Positions 43,477-52,736 of a stretch of DNA of 64,000 nt are shown here, in pieces (within the stretch, counting starts at the first letter, position 1; each line of letters opens with the position of its first letter). The DNA lies in contig JAJQEC010000090.1 of NCBI GenBank assembly GCA_021201815.1, positions 107,370 to 171,369 on the forward strand, read 5' to 3'. The DNA comes from Candidatus Azobacteroides sp. Lineage in GTDB: Bacteria; Bacteroidota; Bacteroidia; Bacteroidales; WRGA01. A program made the position numbers and the translations under genes. Under the pieces are notes generated by a model. The model had not been told where the DNA came from. It saw nothing but the letters and a program-made list of their open reading frames with translations, and did no database searches.

Positions 43477-46400
43477 ATGGACAAGCAACAGTTACAAAAT
43501 ATATTCAAGAATCCATACAGTACTACAAACTGGCAACAGGTATTACAGGATTTATTCAAAGCAACAGAGTTACGCCGCGAACCCAAATCCTTGGAGAACG
43601 AAGGAAATGAAAATGTGGAAGGCTTTGAATTAGGACGCATCGTTACATCCGACGGGTACGAAATAGGACTTTATGAGTTTGAGATTAAATCCAGACATAA
43701 CATAAAGATGAACCGCGTAGGACTTCGTGGACTTGTAAAAAACTTTTTGAAATTCAAAGTAGAAGCAGCCTTAGTCGTGTACTACAATAGCAACGAATGG
43801 CGGCTATCATTTATATGCGATTTGCAGGACGAAAAGACAGCCCCCAAACGGTTCACTTACCTTTTTGGTAACGATACCGAAACATATCGTACACCCATTG
43901 AACGTTTCTTAACCCTTGCAGAAGGCAAAGTAGATTTTACAGCCATCCGTGAGGCCTTCTCAGTAGAAAAATTAAGCAGAGAATTTTTTAAAGATTACAA
44001 ATCACAATATGATAAATTCTTAAAATATCTGGGAGCAGAGCAGAAAAAGAACCGGGATTATGTAAAAAAACTACTCGGACGGTTAGTATTCCTGCAATTT
44101 CTGCAAAAGAAAGGATGGATGGGAGTTCCTGCCACAAATGCAGTAAATGATTGGAACGGTGGCGACAAAAACTACCTGTTAAACCTTTTCAGAAACACTC
44201 CTTATCAAGACATTTTTTTGAATAAGGTACTGGAAATACTTTTTTTTGACACCTTAAACAAAGAACGGCCCGGTGATTTGGCAGACCCGGTTTTGGGCGA
44301 AAATATCCGTATTCCCTATCTCAACGGAGGACTATTCGAACCGGACATAACAGATAAAAACGCTGTAAACTTCCCTGCTGAATACTTCCGTGGACTATTA
44401 GAATTTTTCGGACAATATAACTTTACAATCGACGAAAACGACCCAAGTGATGCAGAGGTAGGGATTGACCCGGAAATGCTCGGGCATATTTTTGAAAACC
44501 TGCTAGAAGATAATAAAGATAAAGGCGCATTCTATACTCCCAAAGAAATCGTACGCTATATGTGCCAGCAGAGTTTGATAGAATATTTACAAACCAAACT
44601 CGGTAAACATCCCCAGATAGAAGAATTTATAAAAACAGGTTACATAGAAAACCGCAACAACAAAATGAACTTCATTGTTGCCAATGCCAAAACAATAGAA
44701 CAACTCCTCGACACCGTAAAAATATGCGATCCGGCCATAGGTTCAGGCGCATTCCCTATGGGTATTTTAAGTGAAATTTTCAGAGCCAAAATGGCTTTAA
44801 ATCTAACACTCGACCCGGCTGAAGTTAAAAAAGAGATTATCCAAAATAGCATTTATGGAGTTGACATCGAACAGGGAGCTGTTGATATTGCACGCCTTCG
44901 CTTCTGGTTATCATTAGTAGTAGATGAAAAAGTACCTCAACCGCTCCCCAACCTGGATTACAAGATTATGTGTGGAAACTCACTATTGAGCCGTTTTCTA
45001 CTTGATACACCTATCAATGAGGTTTTTGCCCAATACAATAAAGAACACAAAACCAATTTCACCTTAGACAGTTATAAAAAATTAGTTTTGGACTATACTA
45101 ACACCTCTTTACCTGATAAGAAAAATGAATTCAGAAAAACCATCGAAGAGATAAAAGGAGCATTCAAGACAGAACTGGCAGATAGTAAAATAAGAGACCG
45201 TCAAAAATTAGAGAATAAAATCAAGGAATTAGAAAGTCCCACCCTGTTTGGAGGCCCATCAAAAGAAAACCTGAAAGAGGCGAAAATTCTTCGTGCTAAG
45301 CTGGATAAAATGTTGCATAGCGAACAGGATATCATAAACAACAAACTCTACGAAGATAGCTTTGAATGGCGCTTTGAACTACCCTGTATATTAGATGAAG
45401 AGGGTCGGTTTATGGGATTTGATATAGTGATAGGAAACCCACCCTATTTAAGAATTCAGGGAATCAGAGAGGGCAATCCTGCTTTTGCAGACGAATTAAG
45501 CGATAAATATGATGCAGCAACAGGTTCTTTTGACATGTATGCTTTATTTGTAGAAAGAGGTTTGCAGATAATAAAAGAAACCGGCCTTGTTAATTACATT
45601 ATGCCTGTGAAGTGGACAAATGCAGCTTTTGGCAAAGGATTGAGAGACATTGCTTCTAGAGAGAAATCAGCCAACAGAATTGTAAATTTCGGAGCCTATC
45701 AGGTATTCAATGCTTCCACTTATACCGGGTTGCAATGGTTCAAACCAAACAGTGAGATTCTATCATATATTGAACTCGACCGTAATTTGGATACCAATCA
45801 GGATTTAGGAGTTTATCTGGATACATTAGAAGAGGATAGTTTTGCAAAATTACCAGCAAATAAACTTACGACTCAGCCTTGGGTATTGACTGTCGGGAAC
45901 ACTACAACTATACTCAATAATTTAGATGAACACCCCCGGAGAATGAACGATATTTTCGATAAAATTTTTCAGGGATTAGCTACAAGTAAAGACGATGTTT
46001 ATTTTCTGCATAAATGCAGTGAGCAAAATAATATAGTAATAGGATACTCAGAGTATTTAAAGAGGGAGATACATATTGAACGGGGATTGGTAAAACCTTT
46101 GTTAAAAGGAAAAGATGTGCATCGTTATGATACAATATCAACCAACCGATTTGTTATTTTTCCATATATTTTAGCCGGAGGTAACCCCATTCTTTATACA
46201 GAGAATGAGATTGCTGATAAATTTCCTTTGGGTTATGCATACCTTAAAGAGTGTGAACCAGCAATTCGGGGACGAGAAAAAGGACGTTTAATAAATGATA
46301 AGTTTTGGTATAAATACATTTATCCTAAAAACCTTGTTTTATTTGATAATGAGAAACTGGTAGCACCTGATATTTCATTGGGAGGTAATTTTGCTTATGA

Positions 46401-46971
46401 TTTACATGGGAAGTTTTATCAAACAACAACCATATATGGCTACATAAAAAAGCCTCATATTAAAGAAAGCTATAAACTACTAATGGCATTATTCAACTCG
46501 AAGTTATGTTGGTGGTTTTTAGTTAATACAGGTACAACACTTGCTAATGGCTTCTTCCGTTTCAAACCGGACTATATTAAACCATTCCCGGTTCCTAAAG
46601 AAATTTCACTTGAAGTCGATAAGCTTGTATCCCGGTTAGTAGATTTCCAAATCTACTTACACGACAGCACACATCCTGATATCTTTGGGCATACTTCCAA
46701 CGAAAGACTGATAACACATATCGATGATATCCTTAACATGGTCATTTATGAGCTCTATTTTGAAGAGCACATGAAAGAAAAAGAGATAAACGTAATCAAC
46801 TATCTTCAGTCCTATTTATCAGCTAATATGGATAAAAATGACTTAACCAAAGAGATTGAAAAACTTTATTTATGGTATCAGGACTCAGATAATATGGTAC
46901 GTCAGCGCATCATGTTAATAGAAACACGAAGTAAAAATATGCTTTATGAAATAAATAAAACTACATTATGA
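43477..46971 (+). CDS. Eco57I-like (Type IIG-like) amino-methyltransferase with C-terminal target recognition domain
   Basis: PYLNGGLF, GAFYTP, DPAIGSGAF (motif I), IGNPPY (motif IV), TaqI_C-like end. Confidence 0.92.
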   Translation: MDKQQLQNIFKNPYSTTNWQQVLQDLFKATELRREPKSLENEGNENVEGFELGRIVTSDGYEIGLYEFEIKSRHNIKMNRVGLRGLVKNFLKFKVEAALVVYYNSNEWRLSFICDLQDEKTAPKRFTYLFGNDTETYRTPIERFLTLAEGKVDFTAIREAFSVEKLSREFFKDYKSQYDKFLKYLGAEQKKNRDYVKKLLGRLVFLQFLQKKGWMGVPATNAVNDWNGGDKNYLLNLFRNTPYQDIFLNKVLEILFFDTLNKERPGDLADPVLGENIRIPYLNGGLFEPDITDKNAVNFPAEYFRGLLEFFGQYNFTIDENDPSDAEVGIDPEMLGHIFENLLEDNKDKGAFYTPKEIVRYMCQQSLIEYLQTKLGKHPQIEEFIKTGYIENRNNKMNFIVANAKTIEQLLDTVKICDPAIGSGAFPMGILSEIFRAKMALNLTLDPAEVKKEIIQNSIYGVDIEQGAVDIARLRFWLSLVVDEKVPQPLPNLDYKIMCGNSLLSRFLLDTPINEVFAQYNKEHKTNFTLDSYKKLVLDYTNTSLPDKKNEFRKTIEEIKGAFKTELADSKIRDRQKLENKIKELESPTLFGGPSKENLKEAKILRAKLDKMLHSEQDIINNKLYEDSFEWRFELPCILDEEGRFMGFDIVIGNPPYLRIQGIREGNPAFADELSDKYDAATGSFDMYALFVERGLQIIKETGLVNYIMPVKWTNAAFGKGLRDIASREKSANRIVNFGAYQVFNASTYTGLQWFKPNSEILSYIELDRNLDTNQDLGVYLDTLEEDSFAKLPANKLTTQPWVLTVGNTTTILNNLDEHPRRMNDIFDKIFQGLATSKDDVYFLHKCSEQNNIVIGYSEYLKREIHIERGLVKPLLKGKDVHRYDTISTNRFVIFPYILAGGNPILYTENEIADKFPLGYAYLKECEPAIRGREKGRLINDKFWYKYIYPKNLVLFDNEKLVAPDISLGGNFAYDLHGKFYQTTTIYGYIKKPHIKESYKLLMALFNSKLCWWFLVNTGTTLANGFFRFKPDYIKPFPVPKEISLEVDKLVSRLVDFQIYLHDSTHPDIFGHTSNERLITHIDDILNMVIYELYFEEHMKEKEINVINYLQSYLSANMDKNDLTKEIEKLYLWYQDSDNMVRQRIMLIETRSKNMLYEINKTTL

Positions 46972-48863
46972 GTAAAATAGATACACTACACCTGCATAAC
47001 TTTAAATTCTTTGACGAGCAACCACCCATAAAATTAGAAGGAAAACATTGGTTGTTATTTGGTGAAAACGGGAGCGGAAAAAGTTCAATATCCTGGGGAC
47101 TTTATACCCTGTTAGAAGCATCCATGAAAACCGCAAATAAAACGGATGCCTATTTTTTGCCACTTACCGCAAGTCCGGAGTCCCTGGTTAATATATACGC
47201 ACTTCAAATGTCATGTATGATAGCCAAAAAAGCTCATCACAACTCATTTATTGAAGTAACAACAGACAACCCTTCAAAACAATACAAAATATCTTTGTTA
47301 GATACCGCTATTTGTGGGGATAGTACTGCCCAGGAATCCAGAAAAGCATCAGACTTTATAAACTATCAGGCACTCTTCAAATTTCAGGAGTTCAGAAATA
47401 GTGATGAACCCAATCTTTTTGAAGTGTTTAATTATTCCGTTTTACCGTATGTTAGTTTCGCCGAATTTACGTTACGAGGCCGAAAACTCTCCAACGCCAT
47501 GGAACAGTGGAATGCCTACAAAAAAGGTCCCGGCACTACAACCAATGCAAAAGGGGATATTATTCAAGCATATAAACACAGTGCCGACTACCAGAATTTC
47601 CTGAACTTTGAAAAACACTTTATAAGTGAATTTAATAAACTGATAGATACAATTAATGTAGCAGCTCCGGAAATGATGAAAAAGCTGGGATATGAAATTG
47701 AATTTAACCTTAAACTGATATCCCCAACTCATAAAAAAAGGGATAAAATATTTGAACATACCCCCTATAAAATTGAATTCACCATAACAAAATATAATGG
47801 CATGGCTGTACATATCACCCGGCCTCATTCCTTTTTGAATGAAGCCAAAATGACTGCAGTCGCCATATCCATACGCCTATCCATATTAAAACATCGTATT
47901 AGTAAAGCTGCACCGGATGCTTTAAAAGTATTAGTATTGGATGATACAATGATAAGCCTGGACATGAGTAACAGAGATACCTTCATTACTCTGTTATTGA
48001 AAGAATTTACAAATGATTACCAGATATTATTTCTAACGCATGACAAAAGCCTTTATAAATTTGTCAATCATAAAATTAGTCAATTAGGTAATAAAACAAA
48101 CTGGTGTATACAGGAGATGTATGTTGGAGAGAAACCTACTATTAAACAGGAATATCCTGTACTAATAGATGGAGAGGATGAACCCTATCAAAAAGCCAGG
48201 AAGTACTATGAAGCGAAAGATTATACTACCAGCGCTTTGTATATAAGACAAACACTTGAGAAAATAGTAGCAAAATCGCTTCCTGATGAAGTGAAACGGA
48301 GTGTTGAGGATAAATTCCTTAGTCTTGATACTCTTTGGCAGAAAGCGGCTGAATATCACAAGATTCCTGATAAGTTGAAAACACTGTTCTCTCGGTCAAA
48401 ATTAATGGTACTTAATCCCTCTGCTCATCATCAGCGACTTTCACAGCCAATATATAAACGGGAACTTCTGGATGCATTTGAACTTGTTGATGGTTTGGAA
48501 AAACTGAATCTACATGTAGAAACTCTATTAATAGAAAAAGCTAAAAAACTTGTTTTCACACATCCTACTGAAAATTATTCTTTTGAATTTGAGCTTATAG
48601 CAGATATGGGGATTGATAAGCAAGGTCAGAAGAACGACCCTAAATGTAAAATTCATACATGGCAATATAATAATATTGATTATTATGATTTTAATACCCT
48701 GAGTGCGAACCCTTCTAATCCTTATGCTAAAAGTAAACCACGGTTTTCAAGATTAAAACAAGGACTTTTGAATTTACCACTACAAATTACTGAAGAGTGT
48801 TTCTTAGAAAATACAATAATTGAAAATGGAGTCCTAAAAGATGCATTAATGGATACAGAATAA
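46968..48863 (+). CDS. ABC-type ATPase with putative HEPN-like C-terminal region (RloC/PrrC-like architecture)
   Basis: NFKFF, GENGSGKSS (Walker A), LVLDD..SLD (Walker B/D-loop), LTHD (H-loop); later YIRQTLE...LNPSAH; ATGA overlap with the methyltransferase. Confidence 0.75.
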   Translation: MSKIDTLHLHNFKFFDEQPPIKLEGKHWLLFGENGSGKSSISWGLYTLLEASMKTANKTDAYFLPLTASPESLVNIYALQMSCMIAKKAHHNSFIEVTTDNPSKQYKISLLDTAICGDSTAQESRKASDFINYQALFKFQEFRNSDEPNLFEVFNYSVLPYVSFAEFTLRGRKLSNAMEQWNAYKKGPGTTTNAKGDIIQAYKHSADYQNFLNFEKHFISEFNKLIDTINVAAPEMMKKLGYEIEFNLKLISPTHKKRDKIFEHTPYKIEFTITKYNGMAVHITRPHSFLNEAKMTAVAISIRLSILKHRISKAAPDALKVLVLDDTMISLDMSNRDTFITLLLKEFTNDYQILFLTHDKSLYKFVNHKISQLGNKTNWCIQEMYVGEKPTIKQEYPVLIDGEDEPYQKARKYYEAKDYTTSALYIRQTLEKIVAKSLPDEVKRSVEDKFLSLDTLWQKAAEYHKIPDKLKTLFSRSKLMVLNPSAHHQRLSQPIYKRELLDAFELVDGLEKLNLHVETLLIEKAKKLVFTHPTENYSFEFELIADMGIDKQGQKNDPKCKIHTWQYNNIDYYDFNTLSANPSNPYAKSKPRFSRLKQGLLNLPLQITEECFLENTIIENGVLKDALMDTE

Positions 48864-49070
48864 AATAGGGAAGGTTATATACGGATTAGAAAACTTTAAA
48901 TTGTAATTTCTATTTTGAATAATAATATTTTATACCTTCGCATCAGAGTTTCTGGCAAGCATGTAAGATAAAGTAATTAACAGCAAAAAGAACTGTTGCC
49001 AAATCGTTACCTCTTTAAAACTAACTCTTTGTAATATCCTGATAGAGAGTTTGAAAATTAATTCTCATAT

Positions 49071-49187
49071 TATTTGATGGAAATTGCCGATTTGTGCGGA
49101 ATCAATAAAAATCTGACTACTCAGTTGGGCCGGAATACTACAGCCATGGTTATCTTTTTTGCAAATGATGTTTCTATGGAAAAGACG
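49071..49187 (+). pseudogene. C-terminal fragment of another tyrosine integrase
   Basis: YLMEIADLCGINKNLTTQLGRNTTAMVIFFANDVSMEK, a decayed YLKEIADLCGIxKNLTTHxARHT block. Confidence 0.75.
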
Positions 49188-49260
49188 GAATTGTCTTTGG
49201 CAGGAAGTTTTAATTTTTAGTTAGATTTATTTTCTGGTTTTAGAAAGATGAATCCGTTAT

Positions 49261-49315
49261 AAAAAAGAAAGGGAATTCTTTAAGCTATTATTTAAAGAAT
49301 TCCCTTTCTTTTTTT
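49261..49315. terminator. Bidirectional Rho-independent terminator
   Basis: aaaaaagaaagggaattctttaa ... ttaaagaattccctttctttttt between convergent genes. Confidence 0.85.
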
Positions 49316-49323
49316 GAAATACC

Positions 49324-50217
49324 TTATATCATCCTTCCGTATTCTTCAATCTTAGCTTCACAAAGCTGTTGAGTAATATCTCTTAATAATTCCACTTTAG
49401 GGAAAAGGGCATCAATATCTTCCTTTGTTACTTTAAAATCAGGATTATATCTCCCATCTACATAAGCCACCTTAATAAGATTAAAAAGTCTTTTTTCTTC
49501 TGCGGTATCACGGGGAAAGACCTTGGCTAAATCCGCAGAATATTTACGTACGGAGGCCGATAATTTTGAAAGGTTATGTTGTTTGTTATTCTTTTGGGTA
49601 TAAACTAAACGAATGGCATAATAATAATTTTCACAGGCTTGATGGAGATTAAAGGCAGCCTTTTTAAAAATATTTTTACTATAATAAAATTCAGCTCCTA
49701 ATACGAATTCATTACCACTCTGAAATTTCTCCTCGAAATGATATTCTGCCTTTTTCTTTGTGTCTTCCATATCAGGCTTCCTTCTACGGGCTAACTTAAA
49801 CTTGCCGCTGTCATATAATACAATACCTTCCTGTTTTATCTGGGTGTAGAAATACTGCCCGGCTGTTAAGTCTTTGTTCAGCTTCTTAATATCTTCATTT
49901 ATAAATTGTAAAGGTGGCTGCCTGTCAGCATCTTTTTCCTTTACACTTCGATAGTAAAGATCTTCCACATGGTCCAAGGCTTTTCCTGCAATTCCGTCTG
50001 AAATACCACTTGTTACTACCAGGATATCATAATCACTTACAAAGAATTGTACTTTGTTAAATTCTTCCTTCTCGTCATATACTACATAATCATTTCGGGC
50101 ATAACTTCCGAAAAGGATAATCATTTCAGTTTGCTTTAACCGTTTCAGGATGTTTTCAACAATGAAATTCAACTCTTTCTGGTTAGAGGGCGGTAGGTAT
50201 GCGATTGACTTTTTCAT
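49324..50217 (-). CDS. Fused minimal nucleotidyltransferase-HEPN protein
   Basis: LFGSYAR...SDYDILV then AAFNLHQACE...HNL...YVDGRY. Confidence 0.9.
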   Translation of the reverse strand: MKKSIAYLPPSNQKELNFIVENILKRLKQTEMIILFGSYARNDYVVYDEKEEFNKVQFFVSDYDILVVTSGISDGIAGKALDHVEDLYYRSVKEKDADRQPPLQFINEDIKKLNKDLTAGQYFYTQIKQEGIVLYDSGKFKLARRRKPDMEDTKKKAEYHFEEKFQSGNEFVLGAEFYYSKNIFKKAAFNLHQACENYYYAIRLVYTQKNNKQHNLSKLSASVRKYSADLAKVFPRDTAEEKRLFNLIKVAYVDGRYNPDFKVTKEDIDALFPKVELLRDITQQLCEAKIEEYGRMI

Positions 50218-50441
50218 CGGGAACTATTTATAGATACAAAATTAAGCACATAAAGATAGATAAAAAAGAAAAATGGGAATTAACTTTTTGCTATTTAATT
50301 GTATATTTGTACCACTTCTGTTATTGTTGGATTTGTCAGTCCATTCAAAGCCAACAAAATAAAAACACAGGTATAACAAGTAATTCATCATTAGTATTTA
50401 TACCGGCCTGGTTTTTTAATCAGGCTTTAAAATGGACGTAT

Positions 50442-50663
50442 ATGGACAATCAGAATATCAATCTTCAACCCCTTATTTCATTTTTAGAAACGGAATGCCA
50501 TTCTACCAATCTTTCAAAATTGCTGGATGGACTATTATACGATTACGTATCGTTGGTTCTGGAATACAGGTTATCGGGCAATGACCTACACAAAAATACC
50601 CTGAGCTTTATTTATTACCTGAAAATGCTGAGGGATTTAACGCCAAAAGGTGAAATAAATTAG
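50442..50663 (+). CDS. Small hypothetical protein
   Basis: MDNQNINLQPLISFLE...YYLKMLRDL; ATG 50442 more plausible than track start 50199. Confidence 0.55.
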   Translation: MDNQNINLQPLISFLETECHSTNLSKLLDGLLYDYVSLVLEYRLSGNDLHKNTLSFIYYLKMLRDLTPKGEIN

Positions 50664-50769
50664 TTTTTGATAATCTACTTTGCTTCTTTTCTGGATAATA
50701 GATCCGGGGAAAAAGATAATATAGTTTTCGATTAAAATAGTATTCAATAAATAATTAATAGATAAGATC

Positions 50770-51204
50770 ATGAAACTTAAAGATAAAATTATTGAAATAG
50801 AACAAAATCAAATTCAAGAGGAAAAAGATGTATGGCAAAAGTTATCAGAATATTTTGAGAAAAATTCAATTCATTCACGGTGTATGTCTTTATACCAATT
50901 ATTGGTTTCCTGTGAACAGACTGATTCCATAAGAAAATTAATAATAAAGGTGGATAAGGTATTACGTGATTATTATACCCAGGAAGTCATTTGTAACTTA
51001 GTCCTATTTTTAGGAATTGCCGAAGACAATATAAAAAGAAACATTGCTGATGAAAGGATAATAAACGAGATTAGTTCTTCCTTTTCCCAGACTATTTGTT
51101 ACTGGCAGCTTCAACACATTGAAATTGAAAGAAGAATAAATAATAGTATAGGAAAAATTGAGGAAGAGGTAGAGCAAACTATTGAAAAAATAAAGAAAAA
51201 ATGA
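50770..51204 (+). CDS. Hypothetical protein
   Basis: 144-aa ORF with ATG in AT-rich DNA; no motif recognised. Confidence 0.6.
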   Translation: MKLKDKIIEIEQNQIQEEKDVWQKLSEYFEKNSIHSRCMSLYQLLVSCEQTDSIRKLIIKVDKVLRDYYTQEVICNLVLFLGIAEDNIKRNIADERIINEISSSFSQTICYWQLQHIEIERRINNSIGKIEEEVEQTIEKIKKK

Positions 51205-51714
51205 TTTTAAGAATAGAAACACGATTCAATTAAGCAACATGCGGATTTGTAAATGGATAAGGAAAGCCTTTGCTTAATTAATACTGGAATTTTATTATAT
51301 TATTAAGTCATAAAGTGAATACAGTATGAGATATATAATAAAATTCCAGTTACATTGTCTTTTATATTGTAATATTAAAAGATGTCCACCTCTCTTTATA
51401 TCAAAGGATTTTGTTTTGCATATAATAATATTATAAAAATTATTTCAATTCCAGTATTAATATTGGAATTGAAAAGTATTTTTCTTTAAAATTTAATTGG
51501 CACTATGTATTTTCATTCATTTTCTTTTATTATTTTTGAATCGGAAAATTTTCCACAATCCTTTTAAAATGAAAACTATAAATTAATTATGAATAATATG
51601 TTAGTAATAATGATACGTTCTCCAATGTATAAATATACAGATTTAATGAATAAATATGCTTATCTATTGAAAATCTTTTGTTGTAAGGGATGCGAGGAAA
51701 AATTGAATATTCAA

Positions 51715-51737
51715 TTTTGTGTGCAAAATGTGTGCAA
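51715..51737 (+). repeat. Putative integrase arm-type site, second copy
   Basis: ttttgtgtgcaaaatgtgtgcaa. Confidence 0.7.
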
Positions 51738-51786
51738 ATAAAAAAAGCAGCTACCGAATTTCTTCTGTAACTGCCTTATTTCTAAG

Positions 51787-51860
51787 CTCTTCCTCTTGGA
51801 CTTGAACCAAGAACCCTCTGATTAACAGTCAGATGCTCTAACCAACTGAGCTAAGGAAGA
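51787..51860 (-). tRNA. tRNA-Asn(GTT)
   Basis: TCTTCCTTAGCTCAGTTGGTTAGAGCATCTGACT-GTT-AATCAGAGGGTTCTTGGTTCAAGTCCAAGAGGAAGAG cloverleaf; TATCTTTG promoter element upstream. Confidence 0.97.
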
Positions 51861-52218
51861 AGGTGGTCAAAAATTTTGACGCGACAAAGATAGATAATTT
51901 TTTTAATACGCATCAATATGGAAAGAAAAAAATTATTTTTTCCTTTTATTTTTTGCAAACGACTCTCGGATTTTGTATTTTTGTATAGGGTTCAGGCTTT
52001 CTGTAAAATGCATGGTATATACTGAAACAGAGTTGTTTCACTTATTTTCCGGAAAATATATGCGATCCGGAAAATAAAAACCAGAAAGAGAAAGCGGCTG
52101 AAAAAAGAAGCATAAAAGAGAGGAAACAGCCTTATTTACCCTCTTTTTTCAGTTAATAAGAACAGAAAAGTACTTTCCTATTTATGTATCAACCGGATAT
52201 ATTAAATTGTTTTTCTAC

Positions 52219-52392
52219 TGAAAGACAATCGAACTTCAACTGAAAAACAATCGGATTACAGATGAGAGACAATCGAACCTGAATTGAAAGACGACCAAGA
52301 TGGACGGTCATTTTTGCTTATACGAGCGTTCATTTTACTTTATATGAGCGGTCAATTTATCTTAACCGGGCGGTCAATTTTATTATTTCTGC
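52219..52392. repeat. Two adjacent arrays of degenerate 22-bp-period repeats
   Basis: tgaaagacaatcg-type units at 52219, 52241, 52263, 52285; cggtcaattt-type units at 52305, 52327, 52349, 52371. Confidence 0.8.
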
Positions 52393-52736
52393 ATTTCGTT
52401 TTCTACTTATGCGCCGGATAACTTCATAACATCTTTTGTTGCAGATAAATAAGCAATACCCTCAACCAATTCTATATGTACGTATCTATTCTACCGCAAC
52501 ACATTTGCAACCGGTCGTGTCCCGGCACCTTTCTTTTCCGGGAAAAAACCGAACCGTAAGATTATTCATAATAGAAAAACTATGCCGGGAGATGATAGGT
52601 GAACGAAAAAAATGAATCTTCACCGAATCGACCTAATTCATTAAGTCTCCCAAACCAGGTAAATCCTTGTTCGTTGCAATTAATTGATTTTACCATATTA
52701 TCCGATAAAGAAGAAAGGAAAGCTTACCTTTTCCTT

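Larger units (their letters stand above)
32038..51828. mobile_element. Integrative mobilizable element (~19.8 kb) at tRNA-Asn with defence cargo
   Basis: Flanking 43-bp direct repeat, integrase at one end, excisionase-like HTH genes, MobC and relaxase; no T4SS genes. Confidence 0.9.

Noticed and set aside
40181-46971. Complete DISARM or BREX system
   Set aside because: No DrmA/DrmB, PglZ or BrxC genes in the element
52219-52392. CRISPR array
   Set aside because: Degenerate 22-bp tandem units without unique spacers; no cas genes
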